Assembly: GCA_046590195.1 (NCBI GenBank)
Contig: JBKJTP010000084.1
Location: forward strand, 1 to 56,169
Origin: Candidatus Kapaibacterium sp.
GTDB taxonomy: Bacteria > Bacteroidota > Ignavibacteria > Palsa-1295
DNA: 56,169 bases
Direction of reading: 5' to 3'
Position 1 is the stretch's first letter. Each line of letters starts with the position of its first letter. Positions 38,079 through 45,991 of this stretch are shown here, in pieces. A program made the translations under genes and the position numbers. Below the pieces are notes generated by a model that saw only the letters and a list, made by a program, of their open reading frames with translations, was not told where the DNA came from and did not search any database.

Positions 38079-39521
38079 ATGGGAGACATGGTCATGAATA
38101 ACCAGAATATCAGAAGCAAAGACCTACTTAAGAACGTCTGCATTAATTCAGATTCCTACAAGCAGGGGCACTTCAAGTTCATGAAGGCTGGCACCACGTC
38201 CGTATTCATCTACGGCGGACCTCGTACAGGCGCAAAATTCAAGGATGTCGTGCCCTTCGGACTTCAAATTTACACCAAGAACTTCCTTCGTCGCCGGGTG
38301 ACCCGGAAGATGATTGAACAAGCGGCAGTCTTCATGACATGCCACGGCTTACCCTTCAATCGCGAAGGCTGGGAGTACATTCTCGAAAAGCACAACGGCT
38401 ATCTCCCGCTCCGCATCAAGGCAGTTGAAGAAGGCACCATCGTGCCAGAAGGCAACGTTCTGTTTACAGTCGAGAACACTGACGCAAACTGTGCATGGGC
38501 CACCAACTTCATCGAAACGCAAATTCTTCGAGCCGCATGGTACGGAACCACAGTCGCCACCCTGAGCCGCGAGTTCAAGCGAATCATCAAGAAGTACCTT
38601 GACCTGTCTGGTGACGCTTCCGGCCAGAGCTTCAAGCTGGTGGACTTCGGTGCCCGTGGCGTTTCGTCCTTCGAGAGTGCCTACATCGGCGGTGCAGCCC
38701 ATCTGGTCAACTTCATGACCACGGACAACCTCGTCGGTATCGCTGCGTCCATGGAATACTACGGCGTGAAGTACATCACTCCGGAGACCATCACTGGTGT
38801 GAGCATCCCGGCCTCGGAACATGCCGTGACCACTGAGCGTGGTCGTGACGGTGAACTTGAGTTCTTCTCGGACTCCATTGACACCTTCTTGACCGGCCCC
38901 GGTACGATGGTGTCGTTGGTCAGCGACACTTATTCGCTTCGCAACGCTATCAAGCTGTTTGGTGTGGACCTGAAGGATAAAATTATCGCTTCGGGTGGAA
39001 CGGTTGTAGTTCGTCCGGACTCTGGCGACCCGGTCGAGCAGGTACTGTTCACGGTATCCGAGCTTGACAACTACTTTGGTGTCACGGTCAACGAGAAGGG
39101 TTACAAGGTGCTGCATCCATCCGTCCGCGTGATTCAGGGTGATGGTATCAGCATCGACACCATCGAACCCATTCTTGAGGCCCTGACGAACGCAGGGTAC
39201 AGTGCCGACAACCTGACTTTCGGGAGTGGCGGTGGATTGCTGCAAAGCGTAACCCGTGACACCGAACGCTTCGCTCAGAAGGCTTCGCATGTAGTTGTGG
39301 ATGGGGTCGGTAAGAACATCCGCAAGGAATGTGAGACTGACCCAACTAAGGCTTCGCTTGCTGGTCGTCTGGAACTGGTTCGCCGTAACGGTCAGGTGCT
39401 GACCGTCACCGAAGAGGAAGTTCTGGCGACTGACAACAAGCTGTTGAAGGTCATCTATGAGAACGGCAAGCTCAAGAACCCGGTCAAGTTCGAGAAAGTA
39501 CGAGCCAACGCCAGTTTATAA
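38079..39521 (+). CDS. nadV: nicotinamide phosphoribosyltransferase (Nampt/NadV)
   Basis: Length and blocks NSDSYKQGH, DFGARG, PDSGDP, IQGDGI, FGSGGGLLQ are typical of Nampt. The exact start (38079/38088/38094) is uncertain. Confidence 0.85.
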   Translation: MGDMVMNNQNIRSKDLLKNVCINSDSYKQGHFKFMKAGTTSVFIYGGPRTGAKFKDVVPFGLQIYTKNFLRRRVTRKMIEQAAVFMTCHGLPFNREGWEYILEKHNGYLPLRIKAVEEGTIVPEGNVLFTVENTDANCAWATNFIETQILRAAWYGTTVATLSREFKRIIKKYLDLSGDASGQSFKLVDFGARGVSSFESAYIGGAAHLVNFMTTDNLVGIAASMEYYGVKYITPETITGVSIPASEHAVTTERGRDGELEFFSDSIDTFLTGPGTMVSLVSDTYSLRNAIKLFGVDLKDKIIASGGTVVVRPDSGDPVEQVLFTVSELDNYFGVTVNEKGYKVLHPSVRVIQGDGISIDTIEPILEALTNAGYSADNLTFGSGGGLLQSVTRDTERFAQKASHVVVDGVGKNIRKECETDPTKASLAGRLELVRRNGQVLTVTEEEVLATDNKLLKVIYENGKLKNPVKFEKVRANASL

Positions 39522-39524
39522 CCG

Positions 39525-39548
39525 AAAGGGCCGCTCAAGCGGCCCTTT
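39525..39548. terminator. bidirectional terminator hairpin between nadV and the convergent endonuclease remnant
   Basis: AAAGGGCCGC, loop TCAA, GCGGCCCTTT: a 10-bp stem with A/T runs on both sides. Confidence 0.7.
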
Positions 39549-40101
39549 CCTTATGTGATATAGACCAACCTACGGTTTGTGGTAGAAGTGATGAGTGCTT
39601 CGACTTCCTCACGTTCGTAATAGTGTGTGGAATTGGTCCCTTATTGACGTACTTCAGAAGAGAGTAGTAATGTAGCCCCATCTGCTCGCAGAAGTTCTTG
39701 ATGTCATCTTTAAGTATTTCAAATACTATACCTGCTGGCCCACTCACTTCGTATGTTTTGGTCTTGGCCTTGCTCAGCATGCGACGATGTTCTATCGTTT
39801 TTGCTACCCCACGTAGACCAGCACTTATTTTATCGCGATTATCTTGACGCTTGGCGGGGTTCGCATCTCCATATAAAGCAGACTCTCGACACTTCTGTTT
39901 AATCTTTTCAATTGTAGTGTCTGAATGGCGCTTGCCATAGAAATGATTAATGTCACCAACTCTTCGACTCATTCTTTTCGATTGTGCTTTCTTGTTTTCC
40001 TCAGTGTGCTTCTTTCCATAGAAACTATTCTTGTTTCCGCTCACATCGTCACTATGAAATCCGAAGCCCCCAAGTTTTATATTATAAGTATCGTCACGCA
40101 T
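39535..40101 (-). CDS. homing-endonuclease-derived protein retaining NUMOD3-type DNA-binding repeats but lacking the GIY-YIG catalytic N-terminus
   Basis: Starts at ...YNIKLGGFG, which corresponds to the end of a GIY-YIG domain (compare NMTSGGDG in the ORF at 53051-53764). Then NSFYGKKHTEENKK and NHFYGKRHSDTTIEKIK repeats. No GIY or YIG motifs. AT-rich. Confidence 0.55.
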   Translation of the reverse strand: MRDDTYNIKLGGFGFHSDDVSGNKNSFYGKKHTEENKKAQSKRMSRRVGDINHFYGKRHSDTTIEKIKQKCRESALYGDANPAKRQDNRDKISAGLRGVAKTIEHRRMLSKAKTKTYEVSGPAGIVFEILKDDIKNFCEQMGLHYYSLLKYVNKGPIPHTITNVRKSKHSSLLPQTVGWSISHKERAA

Positions 40102-40104
40102 CAA

Positions 40105-40322
40105 CCAGTCGGCGACAACTCCAAGGCGTCCAAGCGTGGCCGTCTGACGCTGGTCCGTGATGCCAAGACTGACAAGTTGGAGACCATGCGTCTGGATGAG
40201 ACGAGTGTGGTAGCAACAAGGAATACGTGGACATGATGGTAACGGTATACGATAATGGCCCGGTCGAAAGTGCTTACGTTACCTTCGACCAAGTGCGTGC
40301 TGAGAGCAACAAGTACTTGTAA
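40105..40322 (+). pseudogene. orphan, frameshifted duplicate of the nadV 3' end
   Basis: DNSKASKRGRLTLVRDAKTDKLETMRLDE.. then, after a 1-nt frame change, SNKEYVDMMVTVYDNGPVESAYVTFDQVRAESNKYL*. This aligns with the nadV end DPTKASLAGRLELVRRNGQVLTVTEEE..TDNKLLKVIYENGKLKNPVKFEKVRANASL*. Confidence 0.6.
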
Positions 40323-40349
40323 CCAACACGTCAATTCTGTAAACTGAAT

Positions 40350-40380
40350 GCCCCGAGTGTAATGCTCGGGGTATTTCTTT
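40350..40380 (+). terminator. intrinsic terminator, presumably the ancestral nadV terminator
   Basis: CCCCGAG (40351-40357), loop TGTAATG, CTCGGGG (40365-40371), then TATTTCTTT. Confidence 0.7.
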
Positions 40381-40414
40381 GTGGCTTAGCCAAGCTCGCT
40401 CCCATTTCTCATAA

Positions 40415-40421
40415 CTAAATA
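40415..40421 (+). promoter_or_regulatory. late-promoter-like CTAAATA upstream of the capsid gene
   Basis: taACTAAATAac, 20 nt before the ATG at 40442. Confidence 0.4.
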
Positions 40422-40441
40422 ACAAAAACAAGGTGAAAATT

Positions 40442-41647
40442 ATGTCTATAATCAAGAAGTTAAAAGAAAAACTCAATCAATGGAAGCTTCAACTCAATGG
40501 TAAGCTAGCCGATCTAGAAACGCTGGTGATGGGAAAGCTGTGGGTAATCGCGAAGTTAGAGAAGCTGTATGGTGCGATTCGAACCCTGCTAGACAAGCAC
40601 GCGCATGCTAGACGCGTTCGTCTTATTGACGAATTGATAGCCTCATCGAATCTGTATAATGCTCATCCCGTAGCTGTCAAGACTATAGCTATGAATGTTC
40701 TAGTAGACCAGCCTTCCGATCCCTCTAGCAGCGTTAAGACTGAACTACTAATTGCGATTACCATTCGTACCGCAATTACAGTGTTGAATGAAGTCGGGGC
40801 CATAGCCGGCGTCCAGCCGATGCAGTCACCAATCGGTAAGGTCTATTCGATGGAATATCTTGATGCGGCTACACGAGAGACACTTTCGGATGCCGAACTC
40901 TGTCCTGAACCGTTGGACTTGAATTCTCCTAATCCGCTTCCGCGTAAGTTTTCACTAGCAATCATCTCTAAGGCCATAGAATCTCATACCAAAAGGCTAC
41001 AGGTGTCGTGGACATTTGGACTGCGCGACCTGAAAGCTTTCCACGGCTTAGATATTGAAGCCGAAATTGCTAAAGCAATTGTCTCCGAAATCTCATATGA
41101 AATACTAAGCAATGTGCTTCATGAAATAGTGGCTACCTCGCCTCATGTTGAATTGTCTTTCGCATTGGAAAGTCCCCTCCCCGCTAGTCAGAGATTGTCT
41201 ATCAATTTGACAATGCTAGCCAGTGATATAGCACGCACTACGCGACGCGGTTCTGGTAATTTCATCGTTTGCTCTCCCCTTGTCGTCTCTCTTCTACAGG
41301 CATGCCCTGAGTCTGTATTCTCGCCGGCAATCGAGGGTTCCTTCAAGGGTCCGAACAACTTTACTTATGCTGGCATATTGAACGGAGTCATTAGGGTTTA
41401 CTGCTATATCTGGGAAGGAAATAATGGTGCCGGCACTGATAGAATTCTAATGGGTTATAAGGGTGGAAACGGTGAAACTGACGCCGGATACATTTTTGCC
41501 CCGTATGTATTGATATCCCCTTCCGGTGTCGTCGTCAACCCGGTCACGTTCCAGCCGCAACAGCAACTCATGACACGCTCCGGAAGTCTATTCCACGGTA
41601 AGAACTACTACCGCGTTCTGGACCTAAAAGACTTGGAATTCTGTTAA
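40442..41647 (+). CDS. T4 gp23/gp24-family capsid protein (major capsid or vertex protein; lacks the gp23 insertion domain)
   Basis: Blocks vs remembered T4 gp23: LNQWKLQLNG/LNKWKPLLEG; IAGVQPMQSPIGKVYSM/ICGVQPMNSPTGQVFAL; LRDLKAFHGLDIEAEI/AQDLRAVHGMDADAEL; RRGSGNFIVCSP/GRGEGNFIIASR; GYKGGNGETDAGYIFAPYV...FQPQQQLMTRSG/GYKGPNEMDAGIYYAPYV...FQPVMGFKTRYG. I prefer the ATG at 40442 to the GTG at 40433. Confidence 0.85.
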   Translation: MSIIKKLKEKLNQWKLQLNGKLADLETLVMGKLWVIAKLEKLYGAIRTLLDKHAHARRVRLIDELIASSNLYNAHPVAVKTIAMNVLVDQPSDPSSSVKTELLIAITIRTAITVLNEVGAIAGVQPMQSPIGKVYSMEYLDAATRETLSDAELCPEPLDLNSPNPLPRKFSLAIISKAIESHTKRLQVSWTFGLRDLKAFHGLDIEAEIAKAIVSEISYEILSNVLHEIVATSPHVELSFALESPLPASQRLSINLTMLASDIARTTRRGSGNFIVCSPLVVSLLQACPESVFSPAIEGSFKGPNNFTYAGILNGVIRVYCYIWEGNNGAGTDRILMGYKGGNGETDAGYIFAPYVLISPSGVVVNPVTFQPQQQLMTRSGSLFHGKNYYRVLDLKDLEFC

Positions 41648-41650
41648 TGG

Positions 41651-41672
41651 GAGGGAGCGAAAGCTCCCTTTC
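41651..41672 (+). terminator. terminator hairpin after the capsid gene
   Basis: GGGAGC, loop GAAA, GCTCCC, then TTTC. Confidence 0.6.
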
Positions 41673-41713
41673 ATCTATGCTAAACCGCTAAATAGATGTA
41701 CGAATCGAGGTTC

Positions 41714-41962
41714 ATGATGAAAACACTATCCCTACTCTCTTCACTCACGGTTGATAAGCCGAAGCCAATTGTAACCGAATCCACAGAAACTGCCACTCGG
41801 CAGTATCAAGTGTATCTCTTGGACACCAAGGAAGGCCGTGCTAAGATTGCCGTTCCTGTCGAAATGGTTGAAGCTTTCGACCTCTATGTGGAAGGTAATC
41901 CGGACAAGTTAGCTTCCATCAACGAACATCTGGCTACCTTTGAAGCCGTTATAGTAGAGTAA
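41714..41962 (+). CDS. hypothetical small protein
   Basis: GCTAAATA at 41687-41694 abuts the first ATG (41696), so I prefer the start at ATG 41714 (SD GAGG). Confidence 0.45.
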   Translation: MMKTLSLLSSLTVDKPKPIVTESTETATRQYQVYLLDTKEGRAKIAVPVEMVEAFDLYVEGNPDKLASINEHLATFEAVIVE

Positions 41963-41965
41963 TAA

Positions 41966-42706
41966 ATGGCAACCTATACCATAACAACGGCTGCCAACAA
42001 AAAGCATCTTCATAAGAGAATGTGCGTATATCTCATTCGACACAAGATATCAAACAAGATTTATGTAGGACAAACTATCCAGCAGTTGGGTCGGCGTTGG
42101 CGGGCACACTTGAGTGTGGCAAGTGGAGCAGGACGTAGTGCAATAAAAGCAGCCATTGCAAAATATGGCGCAGACGCGTTCGAGTTCCAATTTCTTTGTC
42201 AGGTAGAAACTCAAAACCAGTTAGACGCGAAAGAAATTCATTGGATTGCCAAGTTAGATACACTGTCACCCAACGGTTACAATCTCAATACCGGTGGAGG
42301 GGGAGGTAAGAAACATTCCGAACTAACTATCAAGCGAATGAAGTGCGCTGCTAAAGCACGATTTGACAGAGAAGGTAGAACAGTAATACCCGAAACAGAA
42401 GCTCAGTTGGCGATACGCCGAGTCAAGTGGGCAGAGGCTAGCAGAAAACGTGCTTTAGGTAACACCTACAGAAGAGGTCAGAAATCTTCTGAGGAAACGT
42501 GTAGAAAAATCACCAAGGCAAAAACAGGTGTGCTGATTCCTGCTAGATGGAAGCCTATCGTGTCATCTGACGGTAAGGTATACAAAAGCGTAGGTCATGC
42601 GGCAACTGCCATAGGATGTAATAAATCAACTTTGATGCGACATCTAAACGGCAGCTTAAAATCTGTGTATAAAAAAACCTATTCCTATTACAGAAGTGTT
42701 GACTGA
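41966..42706 (+). CDS. GIY-YIG homing endonuclease (Seg/I-TevI-like) with NUMOD3-type repeats
   Basis: CVYLIRHKISNKIYVGQT..LGRRWRAH, E..WI, NGYNLNTGGGGG, KKHSELTIKRMK, C-terminal HTH-like GCNKSTLMRHLNG. Confidence 0.85.
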   Translation: MATYTITTAANKKHLHKRMCVYLIRHKISNKIYVGQTIQQLGRRWRAHLSVASGAGRSAIKAAIAKYGADAFEFQFLCQVETQNQLDAKEIHWIAKLDTLSPNGYNLNTGGGGGKKHSELTIKRMKCAAKARFDREGRTVIPETEAQLAIRRVKWAEASRKRALGNTYRRGQKSSEETCRKITKAKTGVLIPARWKPIVSSDGKVYKSVGHAATAIGCNKSTLMRHLNGSLKSVYKKTYSYYRSVD

Positions 42707-45700
42707 TGGCTACGTTCACTATCACGGTTGCGCAAAATATCGACGCCCTAGCCTCTAAGGTCGGCTCCGATACCTACAATATTAACGGTGGGTATCTTAC
42801 TGTTGACCAGCACACTCGTTATGGTACCAACCAGAATACCAGCGCCGGCATGGGTAACATTACTATGTCTGCGTCGTTGGGTGGTACGATAGAATTTAAC
42901 AGTACCTTGGTCAGGGCGATTGCATACGACACGGGTACCGGTAACGTTCCGGCCCTTGGTACTACGATTTCCAAAGGTAGCGCAAGCGGTATTCTACTCG
43001 GGGTTTATTCGGCCCTCAACGTGGCTCCAACCACGGCTGGCTCGGCCATGCCAGCCTCTGGCTACATTCTAATCCGTCAGTGGAACGAAGTTGCATACTC
43101 CACAGGTGCTTTGACTGGCATCACCGCTTCCGCGACTGCGGCCGACCGCGCCGGTTGGTTGGAAATTGTAGGGGTTGATGCGCTAACTGCTACCGTGAAC
43201 CGATTGAACCTGTTCAAAGTTCGTGGAGCCTATTACGATTTCCAAGGTGTCACTACAGACGGTACGCGAGCAACTACCTACCAGCTTCCAACAAATGGTG
43301 CATTGGTCTATCTTCCCGGTGTCGAAGTTGAAACCGGAACGGGTACAGGTGTATACGAAGCCTACCCATGTGCCGGCTCACTCACCGCCCTCGCTGCCAA
43401 CATCGCCACCGACGCGGTACGTGGTAAGGTATGTTGGATTAGCACGGCAGGATTGGTCCGTTTCGGACACGATGGCACGAACAGCACTGGTGGCTACGTA
43501 CCACCGTCCGGCCGCAAGATTCGTGTCCCTAACATCTTCTTCAATTGCTGTACTGCCGCCGCATTGACAGTCAATGTTATTCCGAACGCAACACCTGCGA
43601 CTCGCTATGAATTTGCTACTACGGGTGGTGGTGTAATTGATTTTGACAAGGCCAGCGTCAACTGGTACCTGAATATCAATCAGCCTTTCTCAGTAGCTTT
43701 AACCGATACAGGTGTGATGGGAACTGTCACGATGACAGAATGCGCTTCCCCTATAGCGTGGTCTAACGTATATGTTGGACAGGAAGCAGCAACCACCTTA
43801 ACGCCATTTCTAATGAGCTTAAACTTTGCGGGCGGCACAATGACCAATTGTGTTTGGTCCCGCGCCAGCACAGGTGTTTCTGGTGCCTACATCGGCAACT
43901 GGACCGACTGTTCCGGGTTTACGATAACAGGCGAACGGTCATTCTCACTCGTTAAGGGAGCCAATGCCACGACCGGCACGATGTCATTGGTTCGCGTGTC
44001 CAATTGCTCTTGGACAAACACTACGCTCGGTGCTGGACGCGTTTTGCAAACTACTTGCACAAACGTAACCATGACCAACTCAATTTATTACGATCACCCG
44101 GCAACCACCACCCCAACGGCAATTCCGATGTTTGCATTTGATATTGCTTCGGGCTGCTCGAACTCGATTTTTGATGGGCTAACATTTGGTGGTTTGACAA
44201 TGGTCCAGCCGTACTCTGGCATCTTGAACATCGGTGCTGCCGGTTGTACAAATATCAAACTTAGAAATCTAGGAACAGCGGCCTCTCCACTTGATATGGG
44301 CAATGCATACGTTGATGCTACTTGGGCACGTACTACTACAACCATGACAGTAACAAAAACGGCACATGGATTGAAGACCAATGACCTGATTGCGGTCAAT
44401 ATCGTATCCGACGTTGCGCCTAAAGCTGTCACCACGACTACTGCGACACTATGGACAGTTGCCTCAGCGCCGACTGCTGATACCTTTACCGTTACTGTCA
44501 CCAGTGCCGGTGCCACGTCCGGCACTATGTCGTATTACCCAACCATGGCCGGCACTTTGGTGGCTCTCGCTGCCTCTGCCGCTGCGAACAGCGTTAAGGT
44601 ACAACGTTGCTACACCCCCCACTTGCGTACCGGTGTGATGTCGGGCGATAACTCGTCAAAGAACATTACACTCGAAAGCGTATGGGGTACCGAATGGGGC
44701 GTCCAGCTTATGCCAGAACTGAACGCGATAATGCGCGGCATCCAATCAACTCCCGCATTAACCGCTCAGACATCCGTTTACGGCACCCACTATTTCGACT
44801 ATTACACGACTGGCGTTCCTGCCAATCTAGCTGCGGTAGCATGGGCACGTTCAACAACAACGGCGACCATTACAAGTACGGGGCATGGACTGCGAACCGG
44901 TGATTTGATTAATGTGACGGTAACATCTGACGCAGCGGCCATCGTCAAGGGACAGAAGACCATTACCGCTACCACAAGCAATGCTTTTACGTTCACGTGT
45001 TTGAACGCGGGCGGTACTTCAGGTACTTTGACATTTGCACCATTGAACGGCCGAATTGCCATTCAAATGAATGAGACGACTTCGGAAACTACTGCACAGA
45101 TTACATTGTCTAGTTCTAACTTCACATCGGCTGGCGGGTTGTACATGCCAGACGTAAACGACCAAGTTGACTTCACGTTTCCGACAAACGTTTGTGGACA
45201 TAGTAGTTTTCCGATTTCGGAAGCAGTCATGGCCGGCGGCACGATTGCTAATTACGACATTACCTACTCGGTGGATGGTGGCGTTACATACAAAAACCTT
45301 GCCTATACAAGAGCCGGCGGTGGCGGTTCCAACGCCTCTACGAACGTAACAATGACCGCCACTACGGGCGTCGCTACGGGCGACTACGTGTTCGGTACGA
45401 ATATCGCGCCGAATGCCAAAGTAACTAACATTACAAACGGAACCACGGTTGTGGTTGACATCGCCAATATCGGTGCGGTGTCTGGTGTTCTTCGGTTTAA
45501 CCAGATGCCAAATGAAGTCGTGTCCGACCCAACGGTTGGCATCCCTTTCAGAGTTAGAATTAAGACTACGACCGCGAACGCACTGTCCATCACATCACTC
45601 TATGCATTCACCGTTAGCACCACGGCGGCTCGCGCTGCCACTTACCCGATGGATACGGTCGCGGCGTCGCTATACTTGTATGGAATGGAAGTAGGCACTG

Positions 45701-45933
45701 AAGTACGAGTCTATCAAACGTCCAATGACGCGGCCGTCGCCGGAATAGAGTCAACAGCAAGTACCACTTTCACCTATAACTATACGTGGTCCGGAACTGA
45801 TACTAACGTTTATATTGTAGTGTTCAGCATGACCGCTCAGCCGATTCGTTATACCAATCAGGTTTTGGGTCAGGCCGGCTTAACAATTCCAGTCCTGCCC
45901 GTAATCGACAGGCAATACAGCAACCCGGCCTAA
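42706..45933 (+). CDS. large T/A/G-rich virion structural protein (1075 aa) with beta-helix-like centre and internal ~65-aa repeats
   Basis: Repeats WARTTTTMTVTKTAHGLKTNDLIAVNIVSD...TFTVTVTSAGATSGTMSYYP and WARSTTTATITSTGHGLRTGDLINVTVTSD...AFTFTCLNAGGTSGTLTFAP. C-terminal DRQYSNPA. Confidence 0.65.
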   Translation: MATFTITVAQNIDALASKVGSDTYNINGGYLTVDQHTRYGTNQNTSAGMGNITMSASLGGTIEFNSTLVRAIAYDTGTGNVPALGTTISKGSASGILLGVYSALNVAPTTAGSAMPASGYILIRQWNEVAYSTGALTGITASATAADRAGWLEIVGVDALTATVNRLNLFKVRGAYYDFQGVTTDGTRATTYQLPTNGALVYLPGVEVETGTGTGVYEAYPCAGSLTALAANIATDAVRGKVCWISTAGLVRFGHDGTNSTGGYVPPSGRKIRVPNIFFNCCTAAALTVNVIPNATPATRYEFATTGGGVIDFDKASVNWYLNINQPFSVALTDTGVMGTVTMTECASPIAWSNVYVGQEAATTLTPFLMSLNFAGGTMTNCVWSRASTGVSGAYIGNWTDCSGFTITGERSFSLVKGANATTGTMSLVRVSNCSWTNTTLGAGRVLQTTCTNVTMTNSIYYDHPATTTPTAIPMFAFDIASGCSNSIFDGLTFGGLTMVQPYSGILNIGAAGCTNIKLRNLGTAASPLDMGNAYVDATWARTTTTMTVTKTAHGLKTNDLIAVNIVSDVAPKAVTTTTATLWTVASAPTADTFTVTVTSAGATSGTMSYYPTMAGTLVALAASAAANSVKVQRCYTPHLRTGVMSGDNSSKNITLESVWGTEWGVQLMPELNAIMRGIQSTPALTAQTSVYGTHYFDYYTTGVPANLAAVAWARSTTTATITSTGHGLRTGDLINVTVTSDAAAIVKGQKTITATTSNAFTFTCLNAGGTSGTLTFAPLNGRIAIQMNETTSETTAQITLSSSNFTSAGGLYMPDVNDQVDFTFPTNVCGHSSFPISEAVMAGGTIANYDITYSVDGGVTYKNLAYTRAGGGGSNASTNVTMTATTGVATGDYVFGTNIAPNAKVTNITNGTTVVVDIANIGAVSGVLRFNQMPNEVVSDPTVGIPFRVRIKTTTANALSITSLYAFTVSTTAARAATYPMDTVAASLYLYGMEVGTEVRVYQTSNDAAVAGIESTASTTFTYNYTWSGTDTNVYIVVFSMTAQPIRYTNQVLGQAGLTIPVLPVIDRQYSNPA

Positions 45934-45957
45934 TTTTCGGTACTGTTGGACGTGAGT

Positions 45958-45965
45958 CATAAATA
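45958..45965 (+). promoter_or_regulatory. late-promoter-like CATAAATA
   Basis: gtCATAAATAgt, 26 nt before the ATG at 45992. Confidence 0.45.
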
Positions 45966-45991
45966 GTGTATACTTTTAGAGGATTCAAATA

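Noticed and set aside
38349-39290. 313-aa minus-strand ORF antisense to nadV
   Set aside because: The + frame is a full-length Nampt. The antisense ORF has off-frame-like composition and no start context.
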